Below are positions 1 through 9,222 of a stretch of DNA of 64,000 nt, in pieces. The stretch is from UHGV virus genome UHGV-1350217; one strand, written 5' to 3'. How positions within the stretch are numbered: the first letter of the stretch is position 1; each line of letters opens with the position of its first letter. The notes below the pieces were generated by a model. That model was not told where the DNA came from. It saw nothing but the letters and a program-made list of their open reading frames with translations, and made no database searches. This DNA is from a virus. The translations under genes and the position numbers were made by a program.

Positions 1-1
1 A

Positions 2-550
2 GAGACTGCTGATAAGCTAGCTATACCTCAAGCATTTAGAGATGCCTTTGATGTATTAATGGTCAATGAAGGAACTCAATTACATAAAGCTTATAGTACA
101 GTAATCAAATACTCTGACTTACTAGCTAGATATTCTCTATGGAAGCATCTAATGGCTAATAAAGGTAAAGATGATAGTACTATCAAGACAGATACAGAAA
201 TATGGGATTTATTAGATAAGGCATTTATTAACTACTCTACACAAGACCATCCATATCTAAAATATGCTAATGATATAGGTTTTGCTAGATTTACCAAATA
301 TTGGATTAGAGCTCAGAACTATATAGCTAATGGTCTGCTGGGTACCAAACTAGCTACTACTATGCTATCACTAGCTACACAAGCTATGACAGGTATAAAG
401 ATAGAAAGCCCGTTGAATGTGATATTAGGCAAAAAGCTATTTGGCTATCATACATTTACATTGCCATTAGTAGATGATATAGCTGAGATAGTAGCTGACC
501 CTATTAATCTAGACAATCCATTGCAGTATATTAATAGCTACTTTAAATAA
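2..550 (+). CDS. hypothetical protein, 5'-partial (reading frame is open from the window edge)
   Basis: Frame 2 has no stop from position 2 and stops at 550, so the ATG at 59 is internal. It is convergent with the downstream minus-strand genes. Confidence 0.45.
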   Translation, partial: ETADKLAIPQAFRDAFDVLMVNEGTQLHKAYSTVIKYSDLLARYSLWKHLMANKGKDDSTIKTDTEIWDLLDKAFINYSTQDHPYLKYANDIGFARFTKYWIRAQNYIANGLLGTKLATTMLSLATQAMTGIKIESPLNVILGKKLFGYHTFTLPLVDDIAEIVADPINLDNPLQYINSYFK

Positions 551-558
551 TATAAAAA

Positions 559-607
559 CCCCTCTAGTAAAGGAATATGAAACGAACAACATAGAAACCT
601 AGAGGGG
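559..607. terminator. inverted repeat CCCCTCTAG(N31)CTAGAGGGG between convergent genes; candidate bidirectional terminator or binding site
   Basis: Seen in sequence: 9-bp GC-rich arms at 559-567 and 599-607 in an AT-rich spacer. Confidence 0.3.
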
Positions 608-702
608 AAATTAAGGAAGTTACATAATCTTGGATAGAGCCCTTAGGACGTGTTACTAGCTGGGGAGTAAAGCTCTATTACTGCTAGAGAACCAAGACAA
701 CA

Positions 703-966
703 TTATTTTACCATACGACGAAGTCTTTTGCAAGCTCTAAATCTAATAACATTGATTTTATAGTCTTTTTTATTTGTAAAACCACCTGCACCAGTTCGTT
801 CGGTAATTCTAAAAGTACCTAGATTAGCTATCTTAACATTATCTCTTTTGAGTAAACCTTTGCCTATCTCATCGATTAACGCATTAATTACTAATCTAAC
901 ATCTTTCTTAGTAAAGTTAAGCTTGTCAGCAACATTAGCAGCTAAATCCTCTTTATAAATAACCAT
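703..966 (-). CDS. HU/IHF-like histone-like DNA-binding protein
   Basis: The segment ...LIDEIGKG...IANLGTFRITERTGAGGF...KINVIRFRA matches the HU beta-arm and dimerisation core. Start reassigned to MVIYKED, which has an AGGAG 7 nt upstream; the ORF-track start at 1008 is probably too long. Confidence 0.65.
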   Translation of the reverse strand: MVIYKEDLAANVADKLNFTKKDVRLVINALIDEIGKGLLKRDNVKIANLGTFRITERTGAGGFTNKKDYKINVIRFRACKRLRRMVK

Positions 967-1165
967 AAAGAATCTCCTCATAGTGAAATATAAATGGAAG
1001 TATAGCATAAATGAAAGGGATTAAACTCTCTTAGATGATTTATGACAAATAAAAGCGTGAAATTAATTCTTAAGGAGCGAGAATCTAATCCCTAGATTAT
1101 ATGTTCCAATGAACACATAATTTAGAAATCCCTCTAGAATAGGGGAAACTAGAGAGATTCTCGAA

Positions 1166-1190
1166 AAGGACTATTCACTCTATGAAAGAG
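1166..1190 (-). terminator. hairpin TTCACTCT(N5)AGAGTGAA directly downstream of the SSB-like gene
   Basis: 8-bp stem and 5-nt loop located between the 1211 gene end and the HU gene promoter region. Confidence 0.3.
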
Positions 1191-1210
1191 TGAACGTATT
1201 ATACCATAAA

Positions 1211-1894
1211 TTAGAATGGTAAATTAGATGTATCTGTAGAAGGAGTCGATGTAGCAGCTTTAGAGCCGTTTAGGAAAGCTTCTACTTCCTCTTTAGTTAG
1301 ATATTTATCTATCTTATCTTGATGAGCATACTTCTCATCCTTGGCTAGTTGAGTACCTGCTGGAATAGATTTATCTAGTATTTCACTAGCGTGAACTCCA
1401 TCAGTAGTATAGAAATCTTGAATAACAAACTTCTTTTTAATCTGTCCATTATATTTGCTAATATCTCTTCTAATTCTAACTTTTACTTTAGCACCTTCAA
1501 AGTCTTGTAAGACTTTAATCTCTGGAGCTACTAGTTGCTTAGCAGCTTCAGCATTTTTTTTATAAGTAAAGTAAGGGTCTTGGTCTGTAGCTACTGCTAC
1601 CTCATCTACTTTAAGTAAATCTACTCCTAGAATAGTAGCTAGTCTAATAAAGATATTCCTCTCAAAGTTAGCTTTTCCATCGTTATTATCTAGCTTTAAT
1701 CCCCATAGAATACCTTTATTACCATTGTAGTCATATAGAAAGTTTAAGCTTCTAGCTTTATCAGCATTTCTACTTACTACTACTGCTTCTATAGTGATAT
1801 CATAGATACCACTCTCACTAATATAAGGACTAAACTCCTTAACCTTAACTGCTTCATTGATGTCTGCTACATCATTTTTACTAAATAATGCCAT
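1211..1894 (-). CDS. putative single-stranded DNA-binding protein
   Basis: Sits in a recombination module. The C-terminal tail ...TDTSNLPF resembles the acidic ...DDDIPF tail of bacterial and phage SSBs. No further motif was verified. Confidence 0.35.
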   Translation of the reverse strand: MALFSKNDVADINEAVKVKEFSPYISESGIYDITIEAVVVSRNADKARSLNFLYDYNGNKGILWGLKLDNNDGKANFERNIFIRLATILGVDLLKVDEVAVATDQDPYFTYKKNAEAAKQLVAPEIKVLQDFEGAKVKVRIRRDISKYNGQIKKKFVIQDFYTTDGVHASEILDKSIPAGTQLAKDEKYAHQDKIDKYLTKEEVEAFLNGSKAATSTPSTDTSNLPF

Positions 1895-1907
1895 ATCGTT
1901 CCTTTCA

Positions 1908-2573
1908 TTATAGTTCGTCGATATTTACTACTCGATTATGTATATCAGCAATATATTTGTTAATATCAAACTCTTGCTGTTGCATAATCACCTCACTCTT
2001 GCATCCTACTTGTCTGCAAGGAAACTTCTTTAACGGGTCAGAGATAGCTACAATACGCTTACCTTTCTCAACCCCTAAATAAATAGCTTCATCAAATACT
2101 GACAACCATCCGTCATTATCTCTGAAGCTACCTTGAGCAGGTATTGTTATTCTCCCACTATCTCTGTCTGTTACTGTATGTGCTAAGCATACTATATTGA
2201 TACCTTTATCGCATAGAGTATTAAGATATTTGTTAAAGATATAGGTATCCTCTAGTATGCGTTGATGAGATTGATAGCCACTAAATGTCTTAGAATTATA
2301 ATGTACTAGTGATGTATAAAATCTAGTGATAGTATCAAATACTATGTATTCAGGTAATTTTTTAAACTTCTCTTTATAAGCTACTATCTTAGAATTACAC
2401 CAATCCATAAAATCATTAATGCCATTATATTCTTTAAGACTAGCTACGATAGTCTTAGGCATAGTATAAGGTTTTTCATCTAGATTAATTACTAAAGCAT
2501 TTTTTATATCCGCTGCTATAGTAGTTTTACCACTAGCTGCTGAACCACATATTAGAAACTTAATTCCATTCAT
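1908..2573 (-). CDS. AAA/RecA-like ATPase (Sak4-like recombination ATPase)
   Basis: Walker A motif GSAASGKTT near the N-terminus; about 220 aa; lies between the SSB candidate and a nuclease. Confidence 0.55.
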   Translation of the reverse strand: MNGIKFLICGSAASGKTTIAADIKNALVINLDEKPYTMPKTIVASLKEYNGINDFMDWCNSKIVAYKEKFKKLPEYIVFDTITRFYTSLVHYNSKTFSGYQSHQRILEDTYIFNKYLNTLCDKGINIVCLAHTVTDRDSGRITIPAQGSFRDNDGWLSVFDEAIYLGVEKGKRIVAISDPLKKFPCRQVGCKSEVIMQQQEFDINKYIADIHNRVVNIDEL

Positions 2574-2582
2574 TAACTCTCC

Positions 2583-3398
2583 TTAAAAGTTTATAGTTAC
2601 ATCAGGTTTTAGTCTATAGTCTGCATAGAGTAAATAAACTAATTCAGGTTTAGCTTTACCCATCAGGTAAGTATCTGCTATTAGATGAATATAATCATCT
2701 ATAAACCTCATATCATCATCTGTAATAGATTGAGTAATAGGTACTACTTTAGATGGATAATCTTTTAAGGGCTTACCTGTCTTTTCACTTATTCTACCCT
2801 CTATATTATGAGTTATCCAGACTATTCTAATGTTATTAACTTCTATACCTAGTTTTCTATATATCCAAGCATAAGTAAGCATTTGCCATTTATAATTATT
2901 AGGGATATATTCTCTAGGGCTAGACATAGAAGTAGTCTTGAAGTCTACTAGAGTATCCCCTATAATAGCATCAGCTGTTCCTCCTACATAGACATCATCT
3001 GTTAATTTTACAGCTATTCTATCCTCACTTCTTTCAGGAATACCAAAGAGATTTAAATACTCTATCAGTGCTTTACCCATAGGTTCTAATTGGCTTAATA
3101 TAAAAGCCTTATCTAAATCAGGAATAAGCATACTCATATCATCTACATAAGCTTTCAATTCATCTAAATTAACTTCTCTATTCTTGATATATCTCTCTGC
3201 TATTCTATGAACACAACTTCCTAATACTGTAGAAGTATTACCTATAAACTCACCAGATTCACCTAGAACTTGAGTTCTATACCATTCCCACTTTCTCTCA
3301 TTGAAGCCATATATCATACTAGGGGATATTCTAAAGGCATTATCAGGTATTAAATCAGCATAGTTCTCTTGATAATTCATAGATTTCATTTCTTGCAT
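2583..3398 (-). CDS. PD-(D/E)XK family nuclease (phage exonuclease)
   Basis: The segment GGTADAIIGDTLVDFKTT fits the D...(D/E)xK catalytic signature. Gene context is a recombination module. Confidence 0.5.
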   Translation of the reverse strand: MQEMKSMNYQENYADLIPDNAFRISPSMIYGFNERKWEWYRTQVLGESGEFIGNTSTVLGSCVHRIAERYIKNREVNLDELKAYVDDMSMLIPDLDKAFILSQLEPMGKALIEYLNLFGIPERSEDRIAVKLTDDVYVGGTADAIIGDTLVDFKTTSMSSPREYIPNNYKWQMLTYAWIYRKLGIEVNNIRIVWITHNIEGRISEKTGKPLKDYPSKVVPITQSITDDDMRFIDDYIHLIADTYLMGKAKPELVYLLYADYRLKPDVTINF

Positions 3399-3736
3399 AT
3401 AACACCTCTATCATCTATCTCATAGCCTAGAGTTTTAATTCTCTTTTCTAGGAACTTTTTATCAAACTTATTACCTACTAGAGTCATAATATAATCTATA
3501 GTCCTACTAGATAAATCTAATGCAGGTTGAGCTGCTAGAGCTATAGCATCATCTATTAGTTTCTGACCTAAGAACTCATCTGATTTAACATTGCTAGTAG
3601 ATAGATTTAATGGGGGTATACTAGCCTTAAAAGCTTTTAAATCCTCTAGTTGCTTAGACAATACAGATTCCTCTTTCTTTAGTATTCCTAGAATAATCTT
3701 TAATTCCTCTAGGTCTAATGTTATTTGAACATTCAT
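3386..3736 (-). CDS. hypothetical protein
   Basis: ORF in the operon, with overlapping stop/start codons on both sides. Confidence 0.45.
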   Translation of the reverse strand: MNVQITLDLEELKIILGILKKEESVLSKQLEDLKAFKASIPPLNLSTSNVKSDEFLGQKLIDDAIALAAQPALDLSSRTIDYIMTLVGNKFDKKFLEKRIKTLGYEIDDRGVICKK

Positions 3737-4908
3737 TTCAATCCTTTCTTTAAAGTTTTATAATCTCTCTTTTCACCTATAAATAGATGAGCTTTATAAG
3801 ACATTCTAGATATAGCTACATAGATAAGTCTTAGATACTCCTCTAAGCTAATAGGCTTATTGTAATGATTATATTTAGATGGAACTCTAAATAGCTGTTG
3901 ATATATATCTCTAACATCTACAAAGACTTCCTCTATAGTCATACCTTGAGCTTTATGGACTGTAGAAGCAAAGACCTGTTTAGGATGATATATCATATCC
4001 ATTTCTTGCCAGTATGCTTCAGGAGTCTTATATTGTTTCATATGATTTTCTAAAGCAGTCTTAGTCTTATAGACTTTGATTGGATAAGTATTATACTCAA
4101 ATGAAACTAACATTGAGTAATAATCAGGAAACTCATCTAGAGATATTATTTCAACTATATCTCCATTCCTAGCGCTTCCTAAGGGCTTATCTATAACTAG
4201 CATATCTCCTACACTAAACTTAGCTTGATTAATATTGGCATTATAACTATCTACTACTTTATTGCTATAGGCTAATATTCGTTTATGCCTATTAGAAGCC
4301 AAATAAGCTATGCAGAATGCTTTATGGTCATCATAGGCTATGATACCCTTAGGTAAGTTCTCTGATAGCTTGTAGAGTTTCCTAGAGGATATAGAATGCC
4401 TTAACGATTCTAACCACTCTTGAACCTCTGGATTATCTACTTGTCTCATATTCTCTACTAGAGTAATAACACTAGCATTACTAGGAATGCTAGCTTTAAT
4501 ACCTATAGCAGGTAATTGAGATAAGTCTCCTACTAAGATAATCTTTCTATAAGAAGCATTTAGAATAGCATTAAGGACATTTTGAGTAAGCATAGAGAAC
4601 TCATCTATAATAATAACCTTAGATACTAATGGCTCTCTTACTTGACTAAGATATTCACTAATACCATTACGAGTCATAACAAACCCTGCTATAGAATGAG
4701 TTGTATAGCATTTCTTACCTATTTTAGATTCTAGCAATGACTTAGCTTTATTAGTAGTAGCTGTAATGAAGCAGTCTTTTAAAACTTTAGCTAGTTCAGA
4801 TATGAGAAAACTCTTACCTGAACCAGCATTACCTAATATAGCTACTACTCTAGGTTTATCAGTTAGACATAGATTATAAGCCTCTTGTTGTAGTTTATTT
4901 AATTCCAT
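3733..4908 (-). CDS. SF1B DNA helicase (Dda/RecD-like)
   Basis: Walker A GNAGSGKS, Walker B IIIDEFSM, and a C-terminal TVHKAQG motif. Confidence 0.7.
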   Translation of the reverse strand: MELNKLQQEAYNLCLTDKPRVVAILGNAGSGKSFLISELAKVLKDCFITATTNKAKSLLESKIGKKCYTTHSIAGFVMTRNGISEYLSQVREPLVSKVIIIDEFSMLTQNVLNAILNASYRKIILVGDLSQLPAIGIKASIPSNASVITLVENMRQVDNPEVQEWLESLRHSISSRKLYKLSENLPKGIIAYDDHKAFCIAYLASNRHKRILAYSNKVVDSYNANINQAKFSVGDMLVIDKPLGSARNGDIVEIISLDEFPDYYSMLVSFEYNTYPIKVYKTKTALENHMKQYKTPEAYWQEMDMIYHPKQVFASTVHKAQGMTIEEVFVDVRDIYQQLFRVPSKYNHYNKPISLEEYLRLIYVAISRMSYKAHLFIGEKRDYKTLKKGLK

Positions 4909-7106
4909 TTCATTACCTGTGAGATGATAGTACTACGTAGTCTAGCTTCAGGCATAGGGTAAGTCCAATATGAATTAATTTCGTAAACTAAATTAATAAT
5001 ATCCTCATTAGACATTCCTAGTTCCTTAGCCATTCTAGCAGCTCTCCATAAAGCTACACTTCCTTTACCTTGTGGAGCATTAAATGCAAAGTCAAATGTA
5101 GCTTGAGGATTTTCTAATTGAGTAGCTTTCTGTTCAGCTGTCAAATCACTAGGAGAGATATAGCTATTAGTATCCTCTAGACCCTTAGCTATTAATAAAA
5201 ACTCTCTAGCCTCTAACGGATTAGCATTAGTTACTGATAAGACATTTCTACCAGAATAAGAATAATATATTTGACTTCTAGGGAGAATATCAGCATTCAA
5301 ACCTAGAAAGTCTGATATAGCTTTAATAAACCCTTTATACTCTATATCATTTAACTCTACTAAGCTATCTAATTCTAATAAGACTCTATATTTATAGGCA
5401 TTATTAGCATCACTAGTTCTTACTATATGATGATTAAACTCTTTTAAAAAATCATCAACCATCTCATCATCAAAATTAGAGTTATCTATATCTAAAGCTA
5501 TCCATTTAATTTTTCCATATACATTAGCATTGCTTCTAATTCCATTCTTAAACTTAAATGGAGTATAAGCAAAGTCTTTTTGGAGCATATCAGCTAGTCT
5601 AGAGAAAGGTAACTCTGCTGACTGATATCCACTAGCACACATAGCTTTACGTTGTTCTTTATCACCACTAACAGATACAAAAGATACATTTACTAAATCA
5701 GTTTTGATTATTTTCTTATAGTCTATTCCATCAGTAGATACTTCAAAATAGCCTTTATCATCTACACTATTAGCAAACTTTACTAAGTCTTTTAGAGTGT
5801 TATCTACATTTCTAATAGATGGAATAAAACCTAATTTCTTTAACTGATGTAGGTTTAGACTGAATACTTTATCTATAGTAGTGGATTGTTCTGCTAGAGT
5901 AACTAACATTTGATAAGGCTCTTTAGCTAATTCTTTTTCAAATAAGACTATATCATCTAAAATAGACTCAGTAAAGCTAATAGCTTCTTTATATTCTAGT
6001 TCTGTTATAGTATCTAAGCCTTTTAGTAAAGCCAATGCTCCAGCTAATTTAAATGCTCTCCAATAAGCGTGAGTTCTATTAAGCCTAGATATATTAAGAG
6101 TCTTATCTAGTTTCTCAGCAGATTCAGAGCAATATGTTTTATACACTAGCATTAATTGAGAACAAGTAGGAGTCATAGTTATATTTTGACCTACTTTAGC
6201 TATTTCCCTAAGAGCTATATTTCTAAAGATATCTTGCAAGTTTCTTACTGTTTGATATGCTAAATCCTCTCTAGCTACAGCAGCATTAATCATATCTCTA
6301 ACACTAGCATATTCAACTTCATCATTAGCTACTGGAATAAAGCAAAAGAAAGACCTTCTAGATAACTTAGAGTTAAACTGCTTAGAAAACTCTCTCTTAG
6401 CTTTTTCATCATAGAATAAGATATCAGGAGATGACATAAATAGACCACTGAATGGTAGATTTTTAATCTCTTTAGACTGAGATTGTTTAGATTTAATAAT
6501 CTTAACTTCTTTCTTACCTTCATCATACATCTCTGATAATAAAGTTAGATTACTAAGCAAACTAGAGCTATTCTGTAATTCAGAAGTAAACTCTCCTGTA
6601 TAGATAAATCCTGCTCCTATACCATCATCATCTAGAGTATTTAGATGAGCTATAAGACCTTCATTAGTGCTAAGAGAGGCAAATAATGGATTAGGAGCAT
6701 CATAATATTTCATATATTCGCTAGCATCATCAAATCTAACTTTCTTAGCTTGCTTAGCTAGTTCTTTTGCTCTATCTATAGCTTTATCAGTTCTAATTTT
6801 ATTAATCTCATCATAGCCTTCTTTGAAGCATCTATGAATTAGATTAACACTAGAATCCTTACCTAGACCACTAGGGGATAAGATAAAACTAATAGCATTA
6901 ATAGGAATAAGACTTCCATTGTAATGCACTAAGCTTCTATGAAATTGAGAAGCAAATAAAATAGCTTCATTAACAGCTATCATTAGTTTCATCTTGTCGT
7001 TAATTCTAGGGTCTGTAATGACGTTAGCTAAGTCATATATAGTCTTAGGTATTGGAGTATTAAAAGCATTCTGACTTACTAATTCTTGTTTTAATTTTTC
7101 AAGCAT
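4899..7106 (-). CDS. DNA primase with a C-terminal AEP (prim-pol) domain and an N-terminal P-loop-like region
   Basis: C-terminal IALDIDN (DxD), NHHIVRTSD (sxH) and LELD motifs typical of archaeo-eukaryotic primases; N-terminal SPSGLGKDSS. Confidence 0.45.
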   Translation of the reverse strand: MLEKLKQELVSQNAFNTPIPKTIYDLANVITDPRINDKMKLMIAVNEAILFASQFHRSLVHYNGSLIPINAISFILSPSGLGKDSSVNLIHRCFKEGYDEINKIRTDKAIDRAKELAKQAKKVRFDDASEYMKYYDAPNPLFASLSTNEGLIAHLNTLDDDGIGAGFIYTGEFTSELQNSSSLLSNLTLLSEMYDEGKKEVKIIKSKQSQSKEIKNLPFSGLFMSSPDILFYDEKAKREFSKQFNSKLSRRSFFCFIPVANDEVEYASVRDMINAAVAREDLAYQTVRNLQDIFRNIALREIAKVGQNITMTPTCSQLMLVYKTYCSESAEKLDKTLNISRLNRTHAYWRAFKLAGALALLKGLDTITELEYKEAISFTESILDDIVLFEKELAKEPYQMLVTLAEQSTTIDKVFSLNLHQLKKLGFIPSIRNVDNTLKDLVKFANSVDDKGYFEVSTDGIDYKKIIKTDLVNVSFVSVSGDKEQRKAMCASGYQSAELPFSRLADMLQKDFAYTPFKFKNGIRSNANVYGKIKWIALDIDNSNFDDEMVDDFLKEFNHHIVRTSDANNAYKYRVLLELDSLVELNDIEYKGFIKAISDFLGLNADILPRSQIYYSYSGRNVLSVTNANPLEAREFLLIAKGLEDTNSYISPSDLTAEQKATQLENPQATFDFAFNAPQGKGSVALWRAARMAKELGMSNEDIINLVYEINSYWTYPMPEARLRSTIISQVMKWN

Positions 7107-7321
7107 CTACATAGTCCTAAATAGTTAAAAGTAGCAGATATAAGAGGATTAGAGGGTATCTCCTCTAGATTTAAAGTATCCTCTTTATAATTACTAATCT
7201 GTTCATAATAATGAGCTTTCCCCTCTGTATCAAAAGCCTTATAGTAATTTAAATTGCTATAGACTTTATGATACTTCTCTGTAAGATACTCCTCTAGTTC
7301 TGATAGTTTATTAAAGAGCAT
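7091..7321 (-). CDS. hypothetical protein
   Basis: ORF in the operon. Confidence 0.4.
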   Translation of the reverse strand: MLFNKLSELEEYLTEKYHKVYSNLNYYKAFDTEGKAHYYEQISNYKEDTLNLEEIPSNPLISATFNYLGLCRCLKN

Positions 7322-7710
7322 TAGATTAATCCTTCATATTCACAATATTCTCTAAGATACTTAGGAGTTATAACTTCAGCAGGACTATCACCTTCTAAAT
7401 CCTCTAGAATAGTATCTATTAAATCCATCATATCTATTCTATGAAGTAGATATTCCATTCTCTCTGGCATTACTCTTTCTATAAGTTCTCTAAAAGCTGC
7501 TTGATTCCAAGCATCTTGTTCTAGATTAAAGTTCTCAATCTTACCTTCCATAGCATCTCTAGGGATATACAATACGTCGTTATCAGTATCAGCTATACCA
7601 TAACTATAAGCTCCATAACCATCTTTCTCTACGATAGTATTAACCTTCTCTTTGCCTTTATTTTCTACTATAGCTGAGGATAATCTCATATCTAGCTCTT
7701 TAAATGTCAT
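7321..7710 (-). CDS. hypothetical protein
   Basis: ORF in the operon. Confidence 0.45.
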   Translation of the reverse strand: MTFKELDMRLSSAIVENKGKEKVNTIVEKDGYGAYSYGIADTDNDVLYIPRDAMEGKIENFNLEQDAWNQAAFRELIERVMPERMEYLLHRIDMMDLIDTILEDLEGDSPAEVITPKYLREYCEYEGLI

Positions 7711-8210
7711 AGTTCCATATCTCCAAACTCTTTAATGAATACATTTAGGAATACTTGGTCTTTGGATATATCTCTGACTAATCTCTCAGGATATCTAAAC
7801 CACCTATTAACTCTACTCATATGAGCTTCTAAAGTACAATATTGAAGCTCTGGATATTTCTCATATAAATGTCTAATAGATTCAGTCTCAGTAGGATACT
7901 TAGAAGTAGCTATATAGTAATACTTCTGTAAAGACATATAGAGCAATTCCATATAATCCATATAAGCTTTATATCTATCATAGTCTAGTAATAGAGTAAG
8001 CCTATTCTCACTAAGATTTACTCTCTTAAGCCATTGAAACCAAGGTTGAAGTTTCTTATGATATCTACTTATCCAGCATAGATAGTTAGAATCTAAGTCT
8101 CTCTTAGTCCAACTAGGATTATCCTCTTTCATAGCATATCTTAGTCTTTTCCAATTATGCTCAGCTATAGTAGTTAATAACCATAGGTCTTTTAATCTAT
8201 CTGAAATCAT
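7707..8210 (-). CDS. paralog family protein A (RxNRWF...EFG family)
   Basis: One of three tandem paralogs sharing the YYY(K/I), YPE(M/L), R(V/I/M)NRWF and EFG motifs. Confidence 0.55.
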   Translation of the reverse strand: MISDRLKDLWLLTTIAEHNWKRLRYAMKEDNPSWTKRDLDSNYLCWISRYHKKLQPWFQWLKRVNLSENRLTLLLDYDRYKAYMDYMELLYMSLQKYYYIATSKYPTETESIRHLYEKYPELQYCTLEAHMSRVNRWFRYPERLVRDISKDQVFLNVFIKEFGDMEL

Positions 8211-8719
8211 ATCTCTCCAAACTCAGCTATACAAGCTGTTAGAAATCTCTTTTCTCTATCAGGTCTTTTATAATTCTTAGGGATACCTAGAAACCATCTG
8301 TTAATTCTGCACATCCAAGCTCCAGCTTTTATAACTCTCATATCAGGATATTTAGATAATAGAGTATTAACTAAACTCCAGTCTGACTTATGAGTTTCTC
8401 TACCTTTATAGTAATACTCTTGACATAGCTCATATAGCAATTCTACATATTCTCTATATAGCTCTACAGCTGTCTTATTAATATATAGCTTTATCTTAGA
8501 GTAACTATTAGAATCTACTTTTCTAATCCAATTAATATAGGGATAGTACTTATCTCTATATCTCACAGACCAAGTAGCGTAGAAAGCAGTAGATTCTTTT
8601 CTAGATAGACCATTAGGATATAAACTATGCATATATGTAGATACAGGTATCCAAGAGTTATCTAGTGGAGTATCTAGTAATTTTTCTAACTCCTTTAATC
8701 TAGCAATCTTTGAACTCAT
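8207..8719 (-). CDS. paralog family protein B
   Basis: Begins MSSKI.RLKELEKLLD...WIP, as copy C does; shares the RINRWFLG and EFGEI motifs. Confidence 0.55.
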   Translation of the reverse strand: MSSKIARLKELEKLLDTPLDNSWIPVSTYMHSLYPNGLSRKESTAFYATWSVRYRDKYYPYINWIRKVDSNSYSKIKLYINKTAVELYREYVELLYELCQEYYYKGRETHKSDWSLVNTLLSKYPDMRVIKAGAWMCRINRWFLGIPKNYKRPDREKRFLTACIAEFGEI

Positions 8720-9222
8720 ATTACTCCAAACTCCTCTATGCAGTATTTAATGAATAGAAGTTCTTTACTAGCGTCTCTATAAGTATTAGGCACTCCTAAA
8801 AACCATCTATTCATTCTAGCCATCCAAGTTCTAGGTTCTAATAGACTCATCTCAGGATAAGCTCTTATCATATATGTAATAAACTTCCATTCTGAATCAT
8901 ATCTCTCTAGACCTTTGTAGTAATAAGCTTGAGCTATCTCATAAACTAACTTGCAATATTCATAGAATCTATTGACTGCATTTTTATTAATAAGCAATAC
9001 TCTTTTAGAGTCATTAGGATATTCATACTTAAGCCAATTACTCCAAGGAGTTCTATTATGAAATAATCTCTGAGACCACATAGAGTAATGATTATCGACA
9101 GCTCTATGAGTTCTATACTCAGGATGAGTTAAATGTATATATTCTCTAATAGGAATCCAAGAGTCATCTATAACATCTAGTTTACTCTCTAATTCTCTTA
9201 GTTTAGTAATCAGTGAACTCAT
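8716..9222 (-). CDS. paralog family protein C
   Basis: MSSLITKLRELESKLD...WIP...RMNRWFLG...EFGVI. Confidence 0.55.
   Translation of the reverse strand: MSSLITKLRELESKLDVIDDSWIPIREYIHLTHPEYRTHRAVDNHYSMWSQRLFHNRTPWSNWLKYEYPNDSKRVLLINKNAVNRFYEYCKLVYEIAQAYYYKGLERYDSEWKFITYMIRAYPEMSLLEPRTWMARMNRWFLGVPNTYRDASKELLFIKYCIEEFGVI

Noticed and set aside
1888-2082. Antisense ORFs listed in the track inside longer genes. Examples include 1888..2082, 9612..9872, 9703..9894, 17179..17409, 23418..23612, 23920..24102, 25497..25682 and 29495..29734 on the plus strand of the minus-gene block, the minus-strand ORFs at 32134..32478, 32635..32958, 36324..36515, 40128..40328, 40807..41028, 43335..43568, 44144..44368, 45102..45323, 47668..47940, 49128..49349 and 49868..50065, the plus-strand 45391..45603 out-of-frame ORF that overlaps the MCP 3' end, and all minus-strand ORFs inside 53883-64000.
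   Set aside because: They lie fully within and opposite to (or, for 45391..45603, out of frame with) longer ORFs that carry recognisable motifs or follow operon logic. They are low-complexity and lack SD sequences, so they are most likely AT-rich chance ORFs.
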